Below, piece by piece: positions 1 to 11,960 of a DNA stretch of 64,000 bases (within the stretch, counting starts at the first letter, position 1; each line of letters begins with the position of its first letter). This DNA comes from Raja brachyura (Eukaryota). The stretch is taken from positions 87,358,001-87,422,000 of the forward strand of contig OY740782.1 in NCBI GenBank assembly GCA_963514005.1, in the 5' to 3' direction. The notes under the pieces were generated by a model. That model had not been told where the DNA came from. It worked only from the letters and a program-made list of their open reading frames with translations, and made no database searches. The position numbers and the translations under genes are program-made.

Positions 1-400
1 TTTCATTGTAGATGGTTGAAATCATGAAGGATGATCCGCTGAATGCAGATGTTAGTGGGTTGGAATGTGAGAAGCAAGTGACTTCTGTGGAGAGATAGGG
101 TGAGAGTGAAGATATAGAAAATAGATGAGATGTAGGCCAGGGCTCAGCTATGACATGTGGAAGATGAGATTAGGGAAGATATCTCAGAGGTTTGCATGTT
201 GGAAGGAGCAGCAATATGAGCCTCAAGGCATCATAGAAATAAAAACAGTTGAGGAAGAGAGCCTAAAGAAGATCAAGTAAGTATTTTCCATTTATGTCCA
301 TGGCTTCCTGTATTGTTCTATCCAGGTCCGATGTAAGCTTGAGGAACAGTAAGGAACATCTGGGCAAGTTGCAGCCTTTCAGACTCAATATCAAATTCAA
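1..400. mobile_element. Highly decayed Penelope-like element fragments
   Basis: 333-400 (gtaagcttgaggaacag...ctcaatatcaaattc) resembles the 3' end of the GIY-YIG ORF at 33595-33670; followed by a pLTR-type unit. Confidence 0.45.
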
Positions 401-409
401 AAATAAAAT

Positions 410-600
410 GTAAACAAAAATCTGCGGGTGCTGGAAATCTGAAATAAAAAGTGAAAATGCTGGAAGCACTCAGCAATCAAAATGGCATTTGTCGAAGGAA
501 AATTATAGTTAACATTTCAGCTTGATGACACTCCATCATTGTTTCTTCCCAGATACTGCATGATTTGCTGAGTTTTTCTGTCATTTTCTGTTTTGTATAT
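410..600. repeat. Decayed inverted pair of Penelope pLTR-derived units
   Basis: aaaatgctggaagcactcagca ... tgctgagtttttctgtcatttt form imperfect inverted arms, same motif as 33950-34005. Confidence 0.55.
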
Positions 601-1004
601 CAAATTTATCTATCTGGTCTCTGTGTTTGAATAAAGCCTGACCTTATTATTTTCTAATCTGCCGCAGGTTATTCATCTGCAAAATGTGTTTTTTCTCCCT
701 ACACTGCCTGGTCTATTAAACATTTATACAGCTCTTGATTTCACAGCTTTTACATCTCCCTTGTTTTCTATCTCCCTCAATCTCTCCCTATTACTACTTC
801 ATTAGCTAATCAAATGGCCTCATCCAGGCAACTCTGACATCAACCTATCAGAGATGTTCACCTCATCCTAACCATTCCTCTCCATAGCTGTCACTCCTAC
901 CCATTTGATTTATAGCACCTTCATTTAAATACAAAACATTACAAAATAAATGTCATCATTAAATAATATGTCCGTATTAATAACTAATTTATTAGCTTCA
1001 CATG

Positions 1005-1176
1005 GGGTCAAGGAAAGAGCGTTCACGTCGCGGCCATGTTTTCACCAATCTATCCACCACCATGCACAAGAAACACAAGAAGCGACGACAGACATCATTG
1101 TATGCAGATGCCAAGAAGTGTGTGCAGCTCTGGCTGAACAACTTCTAATCTTGTGTGTGGATTCGATAAGAAGAAG
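1005..1176 (+). mobile_element. 172-bp retroposon 3' fragment with (AAG)n tail and 14-bp TSD (possibly RTE-clade)
   Basis: Perfect direct repeat attagcttcacatg at 991-1004 and 1177-1190; insert ends ...gataagaagaag. Confidence 0.7.
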
Positions 1177-1569
1177 ATTAGCTTCACATGATCTTTATTT
1201 TAGATCTTGACATGCAAAAATCAGGTAACATACAACTATATATAGGTTGTTAAAATAATTATAAAATTAATTTAGTAAAAGTTATTTAGAATCACAGAAG
1301 TAAATGCATTGTGTATAGGAATGCTCAATAACGTCTTTATAATATATTCAAGCAGAAAACTAAGCATTGCAATGTATTTTAGTAGAGATACAGCACGGAA
1401 ACTAGATTTTGATTTAGCCAAGGAAGAAAAATAGTCAATGTTCATGCTGAATTAGTTGTGCTGTAGAGCAGTGTTATCGTTGCAATGGTACATTAATGAT
1501 TTGGTACTGCATTGACAATTTCCACTAAAGGAGAAACAATAATCAGGAAAGGATCAAAGCTGGTGAAGG

Positions 1570-4500
1570 AATAGAATTGAATATAGAATAGTTTCTTTAT
1601 TGTCATTGTAACATGAACATGTACAACAAAATTTAAAAATGTCAGCCAGTCAGTGCAATATTCAAACCCTAAAAGCTAACAGTACATGCAAGGTAAAATA
1701 TTAAAAAAAGATGATAAAAAACTAAAATAAATATGAAATATAAAAGCAGCACGCATAAACACCCAACCCTACATCCTTCTGTCGATTTCACAGTGTACCA
1801 ACCACAGTCCCTTAGTCCCCGCGTTCCTTGGCAGCTACATTTAGTGCCTTTATAGCAGTGGGGTAAAAACTGTTTTTATTTTTTAAGTCTGTTTGTCCTT
1901 GTCCTTGTAGATCTGTACCGTTTGCATGACGGCAACAGTTCAAACAGGGAGTGTCCGGGGTGGGAAATGTCCTTTATAATATTCTGGGATTTTTTGATGC
2001 AGCGGGAACTGCGTATGTCCTCCAAGGTAAGGAGAGGGCAGCCGACAATCCTCTGGGCGTTGTCAATGGCCCTCTGGAACGCTTTCCTCTGAGCCACTGT
2101 GCAGCTGGTGTACCACACGCATACACAGTATGTTAGGATGCTCTCAATGGAGCACCGATAAAAGGACAGCAGCAGTCTCTGTGTGATGTTATTCTTCCCG
2201 AGCACCCTCAGGAAGTGCAGTCTCTGCTGGACCTTTTTCAGCAGCGCAGAGGTGTTCACGCTCCACGTCAGATCCTCCTCAATATGGATTCCCAGGAAGC
2301 GGAAATTCGCCACCCTCTCCACACAGTCCCCTCTGATGATTAGTGGTACCATTTTCGTTTTGTTCTTCCTGAAGCCTATTATTATCTCCTTGGTCCTTAA
2401 GGTGTTCAGGAGCAGGTTATTTTCTCCACACCACACTGTCAGCTGCTCCACCTCATCCCGATAGGCGTACTCGTCCCCCCCCCAGAGATGAGCCCCACCA
2501 CCGTAGTGTCATCCGCAAATTTGACAATAGTGTTGCTGTGGTGGGCGGAGGTGCAGTCATGTGTGTAGATGGTGTAGAGCAGGGGGCTCAGCATGCAGTC
2601 CTGTGGAGAGCCAGTACTGAGGCTGAGGACCATGGATGTGTGATGGCCCATTCTGACTCTCTGGCTGCGACCCGACAGGATGCTATTTATCCACATGCAG
2701 GTGGAGTGTGGAAGTCCCAAGTTCCCCCAGTTTGTCCACCAGTTTGTGGGGAAGGATAGTATTAAAAGCAGAGCTGTAGTCCACAAAGAGCATTTGCACA
2801 TAGCTTCCCCGCTGCTCCAGGTGGGACAGTGCAGCATAGAGACTACAGCGTCTTCTGTAGATCTATTTGCTCTGTACGCAAACTGGTGGGAGTCAAAGCT
2901 TCGGGGCAGGAGTGATGTGATATGACCCCGGACCAGTTTTTCAAAGCACTTCATCACCACTGGTGTGAGTGCGACTGGCCGGTAGTCGTTGAGGCTGGAA
3001 ATGTGGGGTTTTTATGTGCAAGGGGACTATGGTTGCAGACTTCAGACAGGGTGGGACAGTGGACTGGGCCAGAGACTGGTTAAAAATCCTCGTGAAGACT
3101 CCAGCCACGTGGTCTGCGCAGTCCTTCAGCACGCGTCCAGAGACGCTGTCGGGTCCAGTAGCCTTCCTTGGATTGATGGCCCGCAGCGTGCGCCTCACCT
3201 CATGCTCTTCTATTTTGAGGGTTAGGCTACTGTGGACCAGATGGTGTGTTGTGGCTGTCTCGGGTGGCTCAACTTCAAAGCGAGCAAAGAAGAGGTTCAG
3301 CTCCTCTGCCAACGAGGCGTCACCCTCAGCAGCTCCAAGGTTTGTCTTATAATTGGTGAGATACTAGATCCCCTGCCACACCTGCCTGCTGTTGTTACTG
3401 TCCAGGTGGTCTATCTTCCTCCTGTAGTTTGATTTGGCCTCTCTGATGCCTCTCTTCAGGTTAGCTCGGGCCGTGCTGTATAAAGCCATATCGCCAGACC
3501 TAAAAGCAGTGTTCCTCTCTTTTAACAGCCGCTGGACCTCCCGGGTCATCCAGGGATTCTGGTTGGGGTAGACTCGGATTTGTTTGTCCACTGTGACCGT
3601 GTCCATGTAATTTTTAATGTAACACAGCACACTGCCTGTGAACAACTCCCGGTCCCGGTGTTCAAACACATCCCAGTTGGTCCTGTCGAGGCAGTCCTGC
3701 AGCTGCTGAGAGGCACCATCAGGCCACGTTGTGATGGTCTTTGTGATGGGAGGAGCGGTTTTCCTGAGGGGGGCATATGCAGGAATTAAAAGCAGGGACA
3801 CATGGTCCGACTGTGAGGGATAAAGTGATTAAACCCCACTATTGTAAGGATTCAGGAGAAGATTCTAACTTGTAAACAGGATTCTAACCAATAGAGGCCA
3901 GGTGAGAAGATGTTGACACAGCTGGGAATGGGTTTATCAGAACTGTCCTTGAGTGAGGATGGATGGCATAGTATAGCGTAGAAGGAGGGTGATAGATGGG
4001 ACCCTTGTCAGTAGGGACTAGGGATGAAAGGGGACCCTTGTCAGTAGAGACTAGCTTTAGTTCCGATATAAAAAAACTGAGATAGGTCAGTTGGAGGTGA
4101 GAAAACTAGGCCAGGTCAATTGCAACTGGGCATGCTTAATAAAATGAATGAATATTACTGACACGCCCCTGGTCGGGAAACTGCTCATTACCATGCACAT
4201 GTATGAACGTGGTATGTATGATGAGGGAGGTACTGGGTGACGTACCTATAGACTGTGCACCTCAGTGCTCTGATTGGGAAGAGCCCGAAGGGGAGGTTAT
4301 GCCAGCAGAATTGTGTGTATAAAGGGGCTTTACTTTTCTGACTTTGGTGTGTCTCAATTTGGAGAGGCACCCGATTCTGCAGATTCGCAAATAAAAAAAA
4401 GCATCTCTTGTTTCGATGATTTAGTCTCTGAGCAGTGATTGTGAGCACAAACTATATCTCACACGACTGACCCAGGTGTGGTAGTGGTCTAGCCCTGTAG

Positions 4501-5420
4501 CCCAGCTTGATGTTGGAGTAGACCTTGTCCACTGTGTTAGCACATTTAACATGCTGGTAGAATTTGGGGAGCATTTTTTTAAATTCCACGTGATTAAAGT
4601 CCCCTGCTATGATGTGAACACCGTCCGGATATATGCTCTGTTGACTGCTAGTGCTACCATACAAATGTCCGATAGCTGAGTTAGCATTAGTATCTGGTGG
4701 TATGTACACAGCAGTTATCATGACAACAGTAAACTCTCTAGGGAGATAAATGGGCCTGCATTTAACAGTCACATACTCCAGGTCTGGGGAGCAGTGACTG
4801 TCTACAATCACTGTGTTTGTGCACCAGGTGGTGTTCACGTACACACAGAGCCCTCCACCTCTGCTCTTACCAGAGTCCCTTGTCCTGTCATGACGCTGTG
4901 CTGTGTAGCCTGCTAGCTCGATTGCAGAGTTCGGAATGGATGAATTAATCCAGGTCTCCGTGATCAACAGGATACAGCTGTCCTTCACGGCGTTGTTAGC
5001 TGCAGTCTGTAGCCTCAGTTCGTCCATCTTGGTAGCCAGAAATCTGGCGTTCGTGAGGAACAGGCTGGGAAGCGGTGGTTTCAGTGGCTGCCTCCGTGGC
5101 CTGGCCAACACGCCGGCCCTGCAGCCTCGCTTTTTTCTTTTCTCTCTGCTCCGTCTTCGCATCCTCCCCGCGAGGATGGTAATCCACGGAGAGTCGGGGC
5201 TCCTCGCTATGTCCGCCGGGATCTTGTGTGAGCGGACAAATTCGGCGGTAACCCCCCGTTCACGACCGGCTCCAATCCTAAGAAGATCCTAATGGCCGTA
5301 GATCCTGTCCGCCCAACAGTAAGTACACAGGGCACAAAACAACACGCACATACACAAAAAACACAAAGCACTGACCGGGAGAACATCGAGCTGCTGCAAC
5401 TGTGTGCACCGCCATCTTGG
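1570..5420 (-). mobile_element. Near full-length Rex1/Babar-clade LINE, frameshifted and split by a solo LTR
   Basis: APE endonuclease (ITETW, RGGGLCVYVN, AVYIPP, AGDFNH; 4452-5162) and RT pieces (QFAYRANRSTEDA, LSPLLY, KFADDTTVVGLI, FLGIHI, QQRLHFLR; 1876-3801). 5' end reads caagatggcg; 3' end has caataaa plus a short repeat tail. Confidence 0.92.
3812..4463 (+). mobile_element. Solo LTR (652 bp, ERV- or Gypsy-type) with 4-bp TSD
   Basis: TGTGAG...CTCACA inverted termini; TSD cgac at 3808-3811 and 4464-4467; TATA-like gtataaag ~4317; AATAAA ~4390; 24-bp tandem duplication at 3998-4054. Confidence 0.88.
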
Positions 5421-5712
5421 AATCTTAATAGTTCATGGATTTTTGAGCAACTAGCAATATCTAACAGGCAAATTCTTTTTTGTGAAAGGTTGAGTGGGAC
5501 CACCCTAACATGACTCAATTTCACAGTAGTTAGTGGCTTGGCATTGGCTTTAAGACACAGTGACATTTGATATTTTGATCCATTTGTACTTGAACCCAAT
5601 GTGTTTATCTCCATTATCATAGATTGGGGATAAACTGCATGAATTGCAGCAGTTAGACAAGTCGGACTGCACGACATGATAACTGTTACTGAGACATGCC
5701 TTCAAAATGGTC

Positions 5713-5810
5713 GTCTGAAGAAGTGTTTCGGCCCGAAACATTGCCTATTTCCTTCGCTCCATAGATACTGCTGCACCCACTGAGTTTCTCCAGCACTTTT
5801 GTCTACCTGC
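5713..5810 (+). repeat. Penelope pLTR-derived unit with degenerate hammerhead-like motif
   Basis: ctgaagaagtgtttcggcccgaaac...ctgagtttctccagcacttttgt matches 33916-34005. Confidence 0.7.
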
Positions 5811-5869
5811 AAAATGGTCAAGACGGGAAACTAACAAGGAAATCATTTTTGTTATTGTTGGGGAGTAGG

Positions 5870-7060
5870 GAAACTGGCCTCTCAGGAGATATCAGAAGCC
5901 TCGGGAAGATCAATGGCACCATGAATGGCTCTGGTGGCCAAGCAGTAGTGATAGTGACTAAAGGTCTAGGGCACAGATAAGTATTTGTAAGAAACTCCAA
6001 GTTCAGGAGTGTCTCTGCGTGCACAGATGCCATTCAGAAAAGGGAGGGTGAGCAGCCATTAGTCATGGTCTATATTGATAGCAATGACATGGCCAGGAAG
6101 ATGGATGAGATCCCACAAATAGAATGTAGGGATTAGGCAAAAGGTTGAAAAGTATGACTTCTGGACTTGTAAACTCAGCATTACTCCCAGACGGGGGTGC
6201 CATCCAGTTGGGTATGGCTGCCCAGCCTTCAGCTGGCTGTCTTTTAACTTCTTTCTTTTATTTTTAGTGTGTAATATTTTTTTGTTCTTTTTTATGTGAG
6301 GGGTGGGGGGGGGGGGGGAGGGGGAAACAGCTTTTCCTGGGCCCTACCCAGTCGGAGAGGCGGCATTTCTCTGGGCTGCATCTTCGACCCGTCCTCACGG
6401 CCTACCAGCGGGTCTGGAACAGCGTTTCCTGATGGGACCGGCCGGAACTTTGGCTTCAGCGGCGGCGCAGTGCTGGAGCACTATAGCGGAGCGGAGCAGG
6501 TGATGTCTGACCTGGGTTGCCGCGCTGGAACTCCAGTGAGCTGAAGACCGCTAATGAAACATCGCGGAGCTGTGGGTCTGTGGAGTGGCCAACTGTGGCC
6601 GGCAGCGCTGAACTTAAACATTGGGAGCCTCGGATCGCCAGTGGTGGAGCTCCATTCAGCGCAGCCTGTCGGCTTCCGAAGCCACGGACTCCAGTAAGGA
6701 AGCAGCCATTCCAGGTGTCCCAAGCCTCTGAGGGGGTTCTCCCGACGACGGCCTGGAACATCGGGCCCCATAGCTGCGACTGCGGAGGCCTCAATAGGCC
6801 CGACTATGGGTGGACATGGGGATGGGGACTGGACTTTGTGCCTTCCCTCACAGTGGGAACCATTGTAGGGGGATTGTTTTTATGTTTATTGTTAAATTGT
6901 TTAATGTTGTGTCTTATCTTTATCTGTGTGCTGCATGGCAAGTCGAATTTCACTACACCAATTGGTGTATGTGATAATAAATGTCCTTTGTATCCTTTTG
7001 TATCCTTTGTAGATAACGAAGGTTGGGATAGAAAGCAAATTAATGTGTGGCTGAGGGCAT
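5870..7060 (+). mobile_element. Old CR1 ORF1 (esterase-like) remnant interrupted by the 6193-7010 element
   Basis: Decayed GEQP..V..ND..RK.DE and KRLKS.TS...LLP-like coding; resumes after 7010 with INVWLR, matching the ORF1 remnant at ~49470. Confidence 0.5.
6193..7010 (+). mobile_element. Non-autonomous GC-rich retroposon with Rex1-like 3' tail (copy A)
   Basis: Colinear similarity to 51302-52130, 21027-21724 and 14126-14680(-); ends tgtgataataaa plus (cctttgtat)n. Confidence 0.7.
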
Positions 7061-7914
7061 TAACTTTCATGAAAATTGTGATAAGCAGATAAACTAGTGA
7101 ATGAAAGTTAATGCTTACCTTAAGCCTGTTCGGGATAATTTGCTGCAACATCATATCTTCAAAACAACAATAAGGCAGAACATTCTAGATGTAACAAGGC
7201 AGATTTATTTAACAACTAGTGTGAACCTGAAAACTGTATTCGATAATGATATAATCAATTTAAAGTAGTTATTTGAAGGGAGAATGGCATTCAGCTATTA
7301 ACCTCTTACATTGAAGTAAGGCTGAATTTCATTGAATGAGGCAGAAATTGCCCAGCGTATATATATTGATGAATGATGGCAAAGAGCTTGGTCAAATCTA
7401 TTCAAAATTATTTTAGTCCGGTATGAATCCAAACTATACCCCTGAGGAACAAAAGCTATGGGGGTCTGTGGGCTTTCCACAGATGTTGCAATGCTGGATC
7501 AATTCTTCCAATATTTTTATTTCTGTTTTCATTTTAGTTTCCAGCACCTGCAATTTTATTTGTTTTCCAAGCAAATCGACCATAATGGGGAAGGTGAAAC
7601 AGTGGACTTGAAAGTTGAATCCAACATAATGTTATTGAATGGCAGCACAGGCCCAAAGGGCTGAATGGCCTATTCACATTCCAATTTCTTATGGTCTTAT
7701 GGCCTACACATTTTTTTTTTGGCACGGGAATGGATGAGTCCGGAGGCAGCCCTTAACTAAAGGGAGAAAGGGCAGGGGTTTAGGTGCCATCTTCCTCTTG
7801 CAGACTCGTCTTGTCAGGAGAAGGACAGCGATTAAAATACCTCCCGAAACACCTGGCTCCTCGCCTTCATTTCGGGGTTATCGTCGCGCTACAGTAGACA
7901 ATTAAAAATAAAAC

Positions 7915-9285
7915 ATTATAATTTAAACATGTGAAGAATGAAATAAAATACCAGAGCAAAAGGAGGCTACAGACTTTTGGTTATTGAGTAGAGCTACTGC
8001 TCGTGGAAAAAAGCTGTTTTTTTTAATGTCTGGCTGTGGTGGCTTTGACAGTCCGGAGTCACCTTCCAGAGGGAAGTGCTTCAAAGGGTTTGTGGCCAGG
8101 GTGAGAGGGGTCAGAGATGATCTTACCTGCTCACATTCTGGCCCTTGCAATGTACAGTTCATTTTTTGGAGGAAGGTTGCAGCCAACAACCTTTCGGCTG
8201 ATTGAACGATTCGCTGCAGCCTCCGGATGTCGTACTTGGTGGCTGAGTCAAACCAGACCGTGATGGAGAAGGTGAGGACAGACTCTATGGTGGCAGTATA
8301 AAACTGGACCATCATTGCCTGTGGCAGATTGTGTTTTCCCAGCTGCCGCAGGGAGTACATCCTCTGTTAGACTTTTTTGACTGTGGAGTCGATGGTGGCC
8401 TCCCATTTAAGGTCCCTGGATATGATGGTTCCAAGGAACTTAAATGACTCCACAGATGTGACTGTGGTGTTGGTGATGGTGAGTGGGGGGAGGGGAGGGG
8501 GAGCTCTCCTAAAGTCTACAATCAATTCCACTGTCTTAAGAGCATTGAGTTCCAGGTTGTTGTGATGGCACCAGGACTCCAGCTGTGTCACTTCCTGTCT
8601 GTAGGCAGATTCCTCCCCATCCTGGATCAGTCCAATTAGGGTTGTGTCATCCACAAACTTGAGAAGCTTGACAGAGGAGTCTGTAGAAGTGCAGTCGTTG
8701 GCGTAGAGAGAGTAAAGGAGAGGGGAGAGTACGCAGCTCCTATGCTGAGGGCCTGCAGGTCCGAGATGAGCTTTCCCAGCCTCACATGCTGCTTCCTGTC
8801 TGTCAGGATGTTGATGATCCACTGACAGAGGGGTTCAGGCACAGTCAACTGGGAGAATTTGAAGCATAGTAGCTCTGGCACAATGGTGTTGAATGCAGAG
8901 CTAAAATCCTTGCATAGGTCCCCTGGCGGTCTAGGTGCTGGAGGATGAAGTGCAGGCCTAGGTTGACTGTGTCATCCACTGATCTATTGGCCCAGTGTGC
9001 AAACTGCAGAAGGTCCAGCAGGGGGTTTTGTGATATTTTTCAGGTGGGCCAGCACAAGTCTTTCAAGGGTCTTCATGGTTACAGAGGTCAGTACAACAGG
9101 TCTATAGTCATTAAGACCAGTAATCCTTGGCCTTTTGGTTACGGGAACAATAGTGAAGACTTTGAAGCAGGCAGGGACAGTGCAGGTTTGCAGGGACCAA
9201 TAGAAAATGTCTGTGTAGACTGGTGCCAGTTGTTCGCCACAGAGCTTGCGGGTCCAGTTCTGGAGATTTCCAGCTTTTCTGTCTC
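7915..9285 (-). mobile_element. 5'-truncated Rex1/Babar LINE (second subfamily), RT C-terminal half
   Basis: CVLSPLLYSLY, KFVDDTTLIGLI, SFKFLGTIIS, IESVLTFSITVW, SFFPRAV in ORFs 7923-8822; frameshifted. Confidence 0.88.
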
Positions 9286-9380
9286 CTGAAAAAGGTTCTC
9301 AACCCGAAACGTCACCCATTCCTTCTCTCCAGATATCTGCCTGTCCCGCCGAGTTGCTCCAGCCTTTTGTGTTTATCTTC
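9286..9380 (+). repeat. Penelope pLTR-derived unit
   Basis: ctgaaaaaggttctcaacccgaaacgtcacccattccttctctccaga... Confidence 0.7.
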
Positions 9381-10309
9381 AATAAAATTCTCACTTGTTG
9401 CAGCTTTCTGTGACCTAATGGAATTAGGTCACAGAATATCCATGTTCTCATCAAATTTCAGTGCAGTGTCAAGAGCTAAATGGTTCACTCCTTTTCCCAA
9501 GTCTCTCTCCCTATCTCAGAGAAGATTTTACAGAGCAAGCATGCAACTTTGAGAGCAAAGCTCTTGAAAAGAATCTTTTGATCAGATAGAAGGGAGCTAT
9601 TAATTCAGTCAGCAAAATGACAGTTAGTTAGTTAAATGATATGGCTCATAGGCAGTCTTCTTTGCCCAACCCCCATCTCCGCTCTTCTCTTCGAAAGTAA
9701 CAAAAGTAAAACAACTGCTTGATAGGAGGTCAAGGTTGGTGTAAGTAAATGTGGTTTTCTGCATTTTTCTTGTCTGAAGTGTGTCATTTTATGACAGGTA
9801 ATTTAAGCATCTTTTTTTTTCTTCCTTCAAAAAACAAAATTTAGTCTATGACTGTGTTACAGGTTTGCTAATGCATGCTTTTAAAATGAAATGTGAACAC
9901 TTTTGCCAATGATTTTACAGGATGGCTGCAAGTCTTTCTGTGATTGACAATGCATCAGAACATTTTTTTAAATGCAATGTAATATACCATGTAAAAAGAA
10001 AAGAAAAGTTGTTTTTATTTTTTATTCAAGATGTTGGCTTTCTTTCCTTGTGTGCGTTTCACAATGTCACCCTTGAATTGGGTGTTGGCAGCTCTCTGGG
10101 TCATTAGTTCCCCCACTGGCAATAGTGCTTTGAAATTTGTTGACTGGAGGAATGTCTCAGTGATGACTCAGCTTCTGATCACTTTGCTTCTCTCTCTTCC
10201 TGCCAAATGAAACATCGTTCTAACTCACATTACAGCTCAAGTAAAGAGTTGAATTGGTGTGGAATTAGAAGTTTACATTACTGCACGTATCTTTGCATAC
10301 AGGAGAAAG

Positions 10310-10990
10310 GATAGTATTGGGCATTGGTTTATTATTGTCATTTGCACCGTGATACAGTGAAAACTTTGCATGCTATTCAGTCAAATCATACTGTACATCA
10401 GTACAAACAAGCTAGACATAAGCACAACAGGTAGTGCAAAGTGATAAATACTGGAGTATAGAACATAAGTGTCACAGCATGAGAGCATCACAGTTACAGA
10501 GAAAGTGCAGATAAAAGTAGTTGACAAGCTGTTCCTGAATCATGTGGTATGTGCTATCTTCTGCCTGATAGGAGTGAGGAGAAGAGGGAATGTACAGCAT
10601 GTACCTGGTCCTTGATTCTGCTGGCTGCTTTCCCATGGCGATGTGCAGTGCAGATGGAGTCAATGGGGGGAGGCTGGTTCATGTGATGGACTGGCTACAT
10701 CTGCAACTCTGTGGTCATGGGCAGAGCTTTTGCCAAACCATGTCCACAGGATACTTACTATGGTGCATCTGTAGAAGTTGGGAAAAGTAATTGGAGACAT
10801 GCTGAACTTTCTTATTCTTCTGAAGAAATAGAGGTGGGGTGGAAGATTGCAACCTTCACATGGTCCGCCCTGTTTCGACTAATGCAATCAACTCGACGTG
10901 CACAAACGGAAGATCAAATAGAACAAGTTGTCCTACAACTTTAGGCTGTGCACGCCACATGAAAGAAGAGGTGTGTGCTTTCTTGGCTGA
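10310..10990 (-). mobile_element. Decayed Rex1-type 3' fragment carrying a ~130-bp insertion (10837-10966)
   Basis: Similar to 34240-34860; insert ends gaaagaag and is flanked by agaggtg at 10830-10836 and 10967-10973. Confidence 0.55.
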
Positions 10991-11334
10991 TTGGTAAATG
11001 TAAATAACTAAAGAATAAAATACTCCTTAAAAGATTAAAATTCTCCACAGGTTAGTGTCATTTACCATTCAGTCACTCTTAGCTCTGCAACATTGCCCTG
11101 TTCTTTCTCTTAAACCTTCTAAATTACCCCTCACCTACATTGTATCTCATTTAATATTAAACCTTACTTTCAGCCATAAATCATATAATTGGTTTGGACA
11201 CAGATCCCAGCTTGATACAAGCTGCATAACAATCCCCACTTTCTCCAGTAATGGTGCTAGCGACCAATGACTTGAAAGTCATTTGTCCTACACTAGACTG
11301 TGAGACACTTTTTGATCTTATTGACCACAGGCCA

Positions 11335-11960
11335 ATTATTAGTTGCATGTCATTCCAACCCCCCTTACCATTCCCACACCGACCTGTCTGTCCCCAGACT
11401 TCTCCACTGCTACAGTGAAGCCATACACAAACTAGAAGAACACCACTGTATATTCTGCTTGGCTAGTCGATAACCCAATGGTAAGGATTATGAAACAGCT
11501 TTCTAGTTACAGGTAACCGGTGCTCTTTCCCACTCCCACCAGTCCAGATAAGCTTTCTCTCCCTTTATTCATGTTTTTGCCCACCCACCACCCCCTCCCA
11601 AATTGATCCATTACCCACATACCTCTCCACCTAGGTTTCTTATCCCTTGGGTCACCTTTCTAAACACCTGGTTTTATTTACCCATCATTCCCACCGTCTC
11701 TGATTCCATCTATCAGCCACAAGCCTTTACCTTTTCCCCTTCCCCAAACCCACTTGGCCCTATCTACCCCTTCCCACTCCTTCCTCATCTAGTTCCATAT
11801 CACCTACCACCTCTGCCTCATCCATCCTTCTCACTTCATCTTGCCTCTACAATCTGTCCTGGTGCATTGTTTTGACCCAAAACAGTAACCACCCATTTGC
11901 TGCCACAGATGCTGCTTGACTTGCTGAGTTCCTCCAATATATATTTTTTAAATTTCAGAT
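11335..11960 (+). mobile_element. Old Penelope 3' remnant (GIY-YIG end plus pLTR)
   Basis: ccgacctgtctgtcc...aaactagaagaacacc...atattctgcttgg parallels 33545-33630; pyrimidine-rich tract, then a pLTR unit. Confidence 0.6.

Noticed and set aside
6517-7092. 191-aa ORF with a hydrophobic segment
   Set aside because: Runs across a non-coding retroposon and its T-rich tail; not conserved in the other copies.
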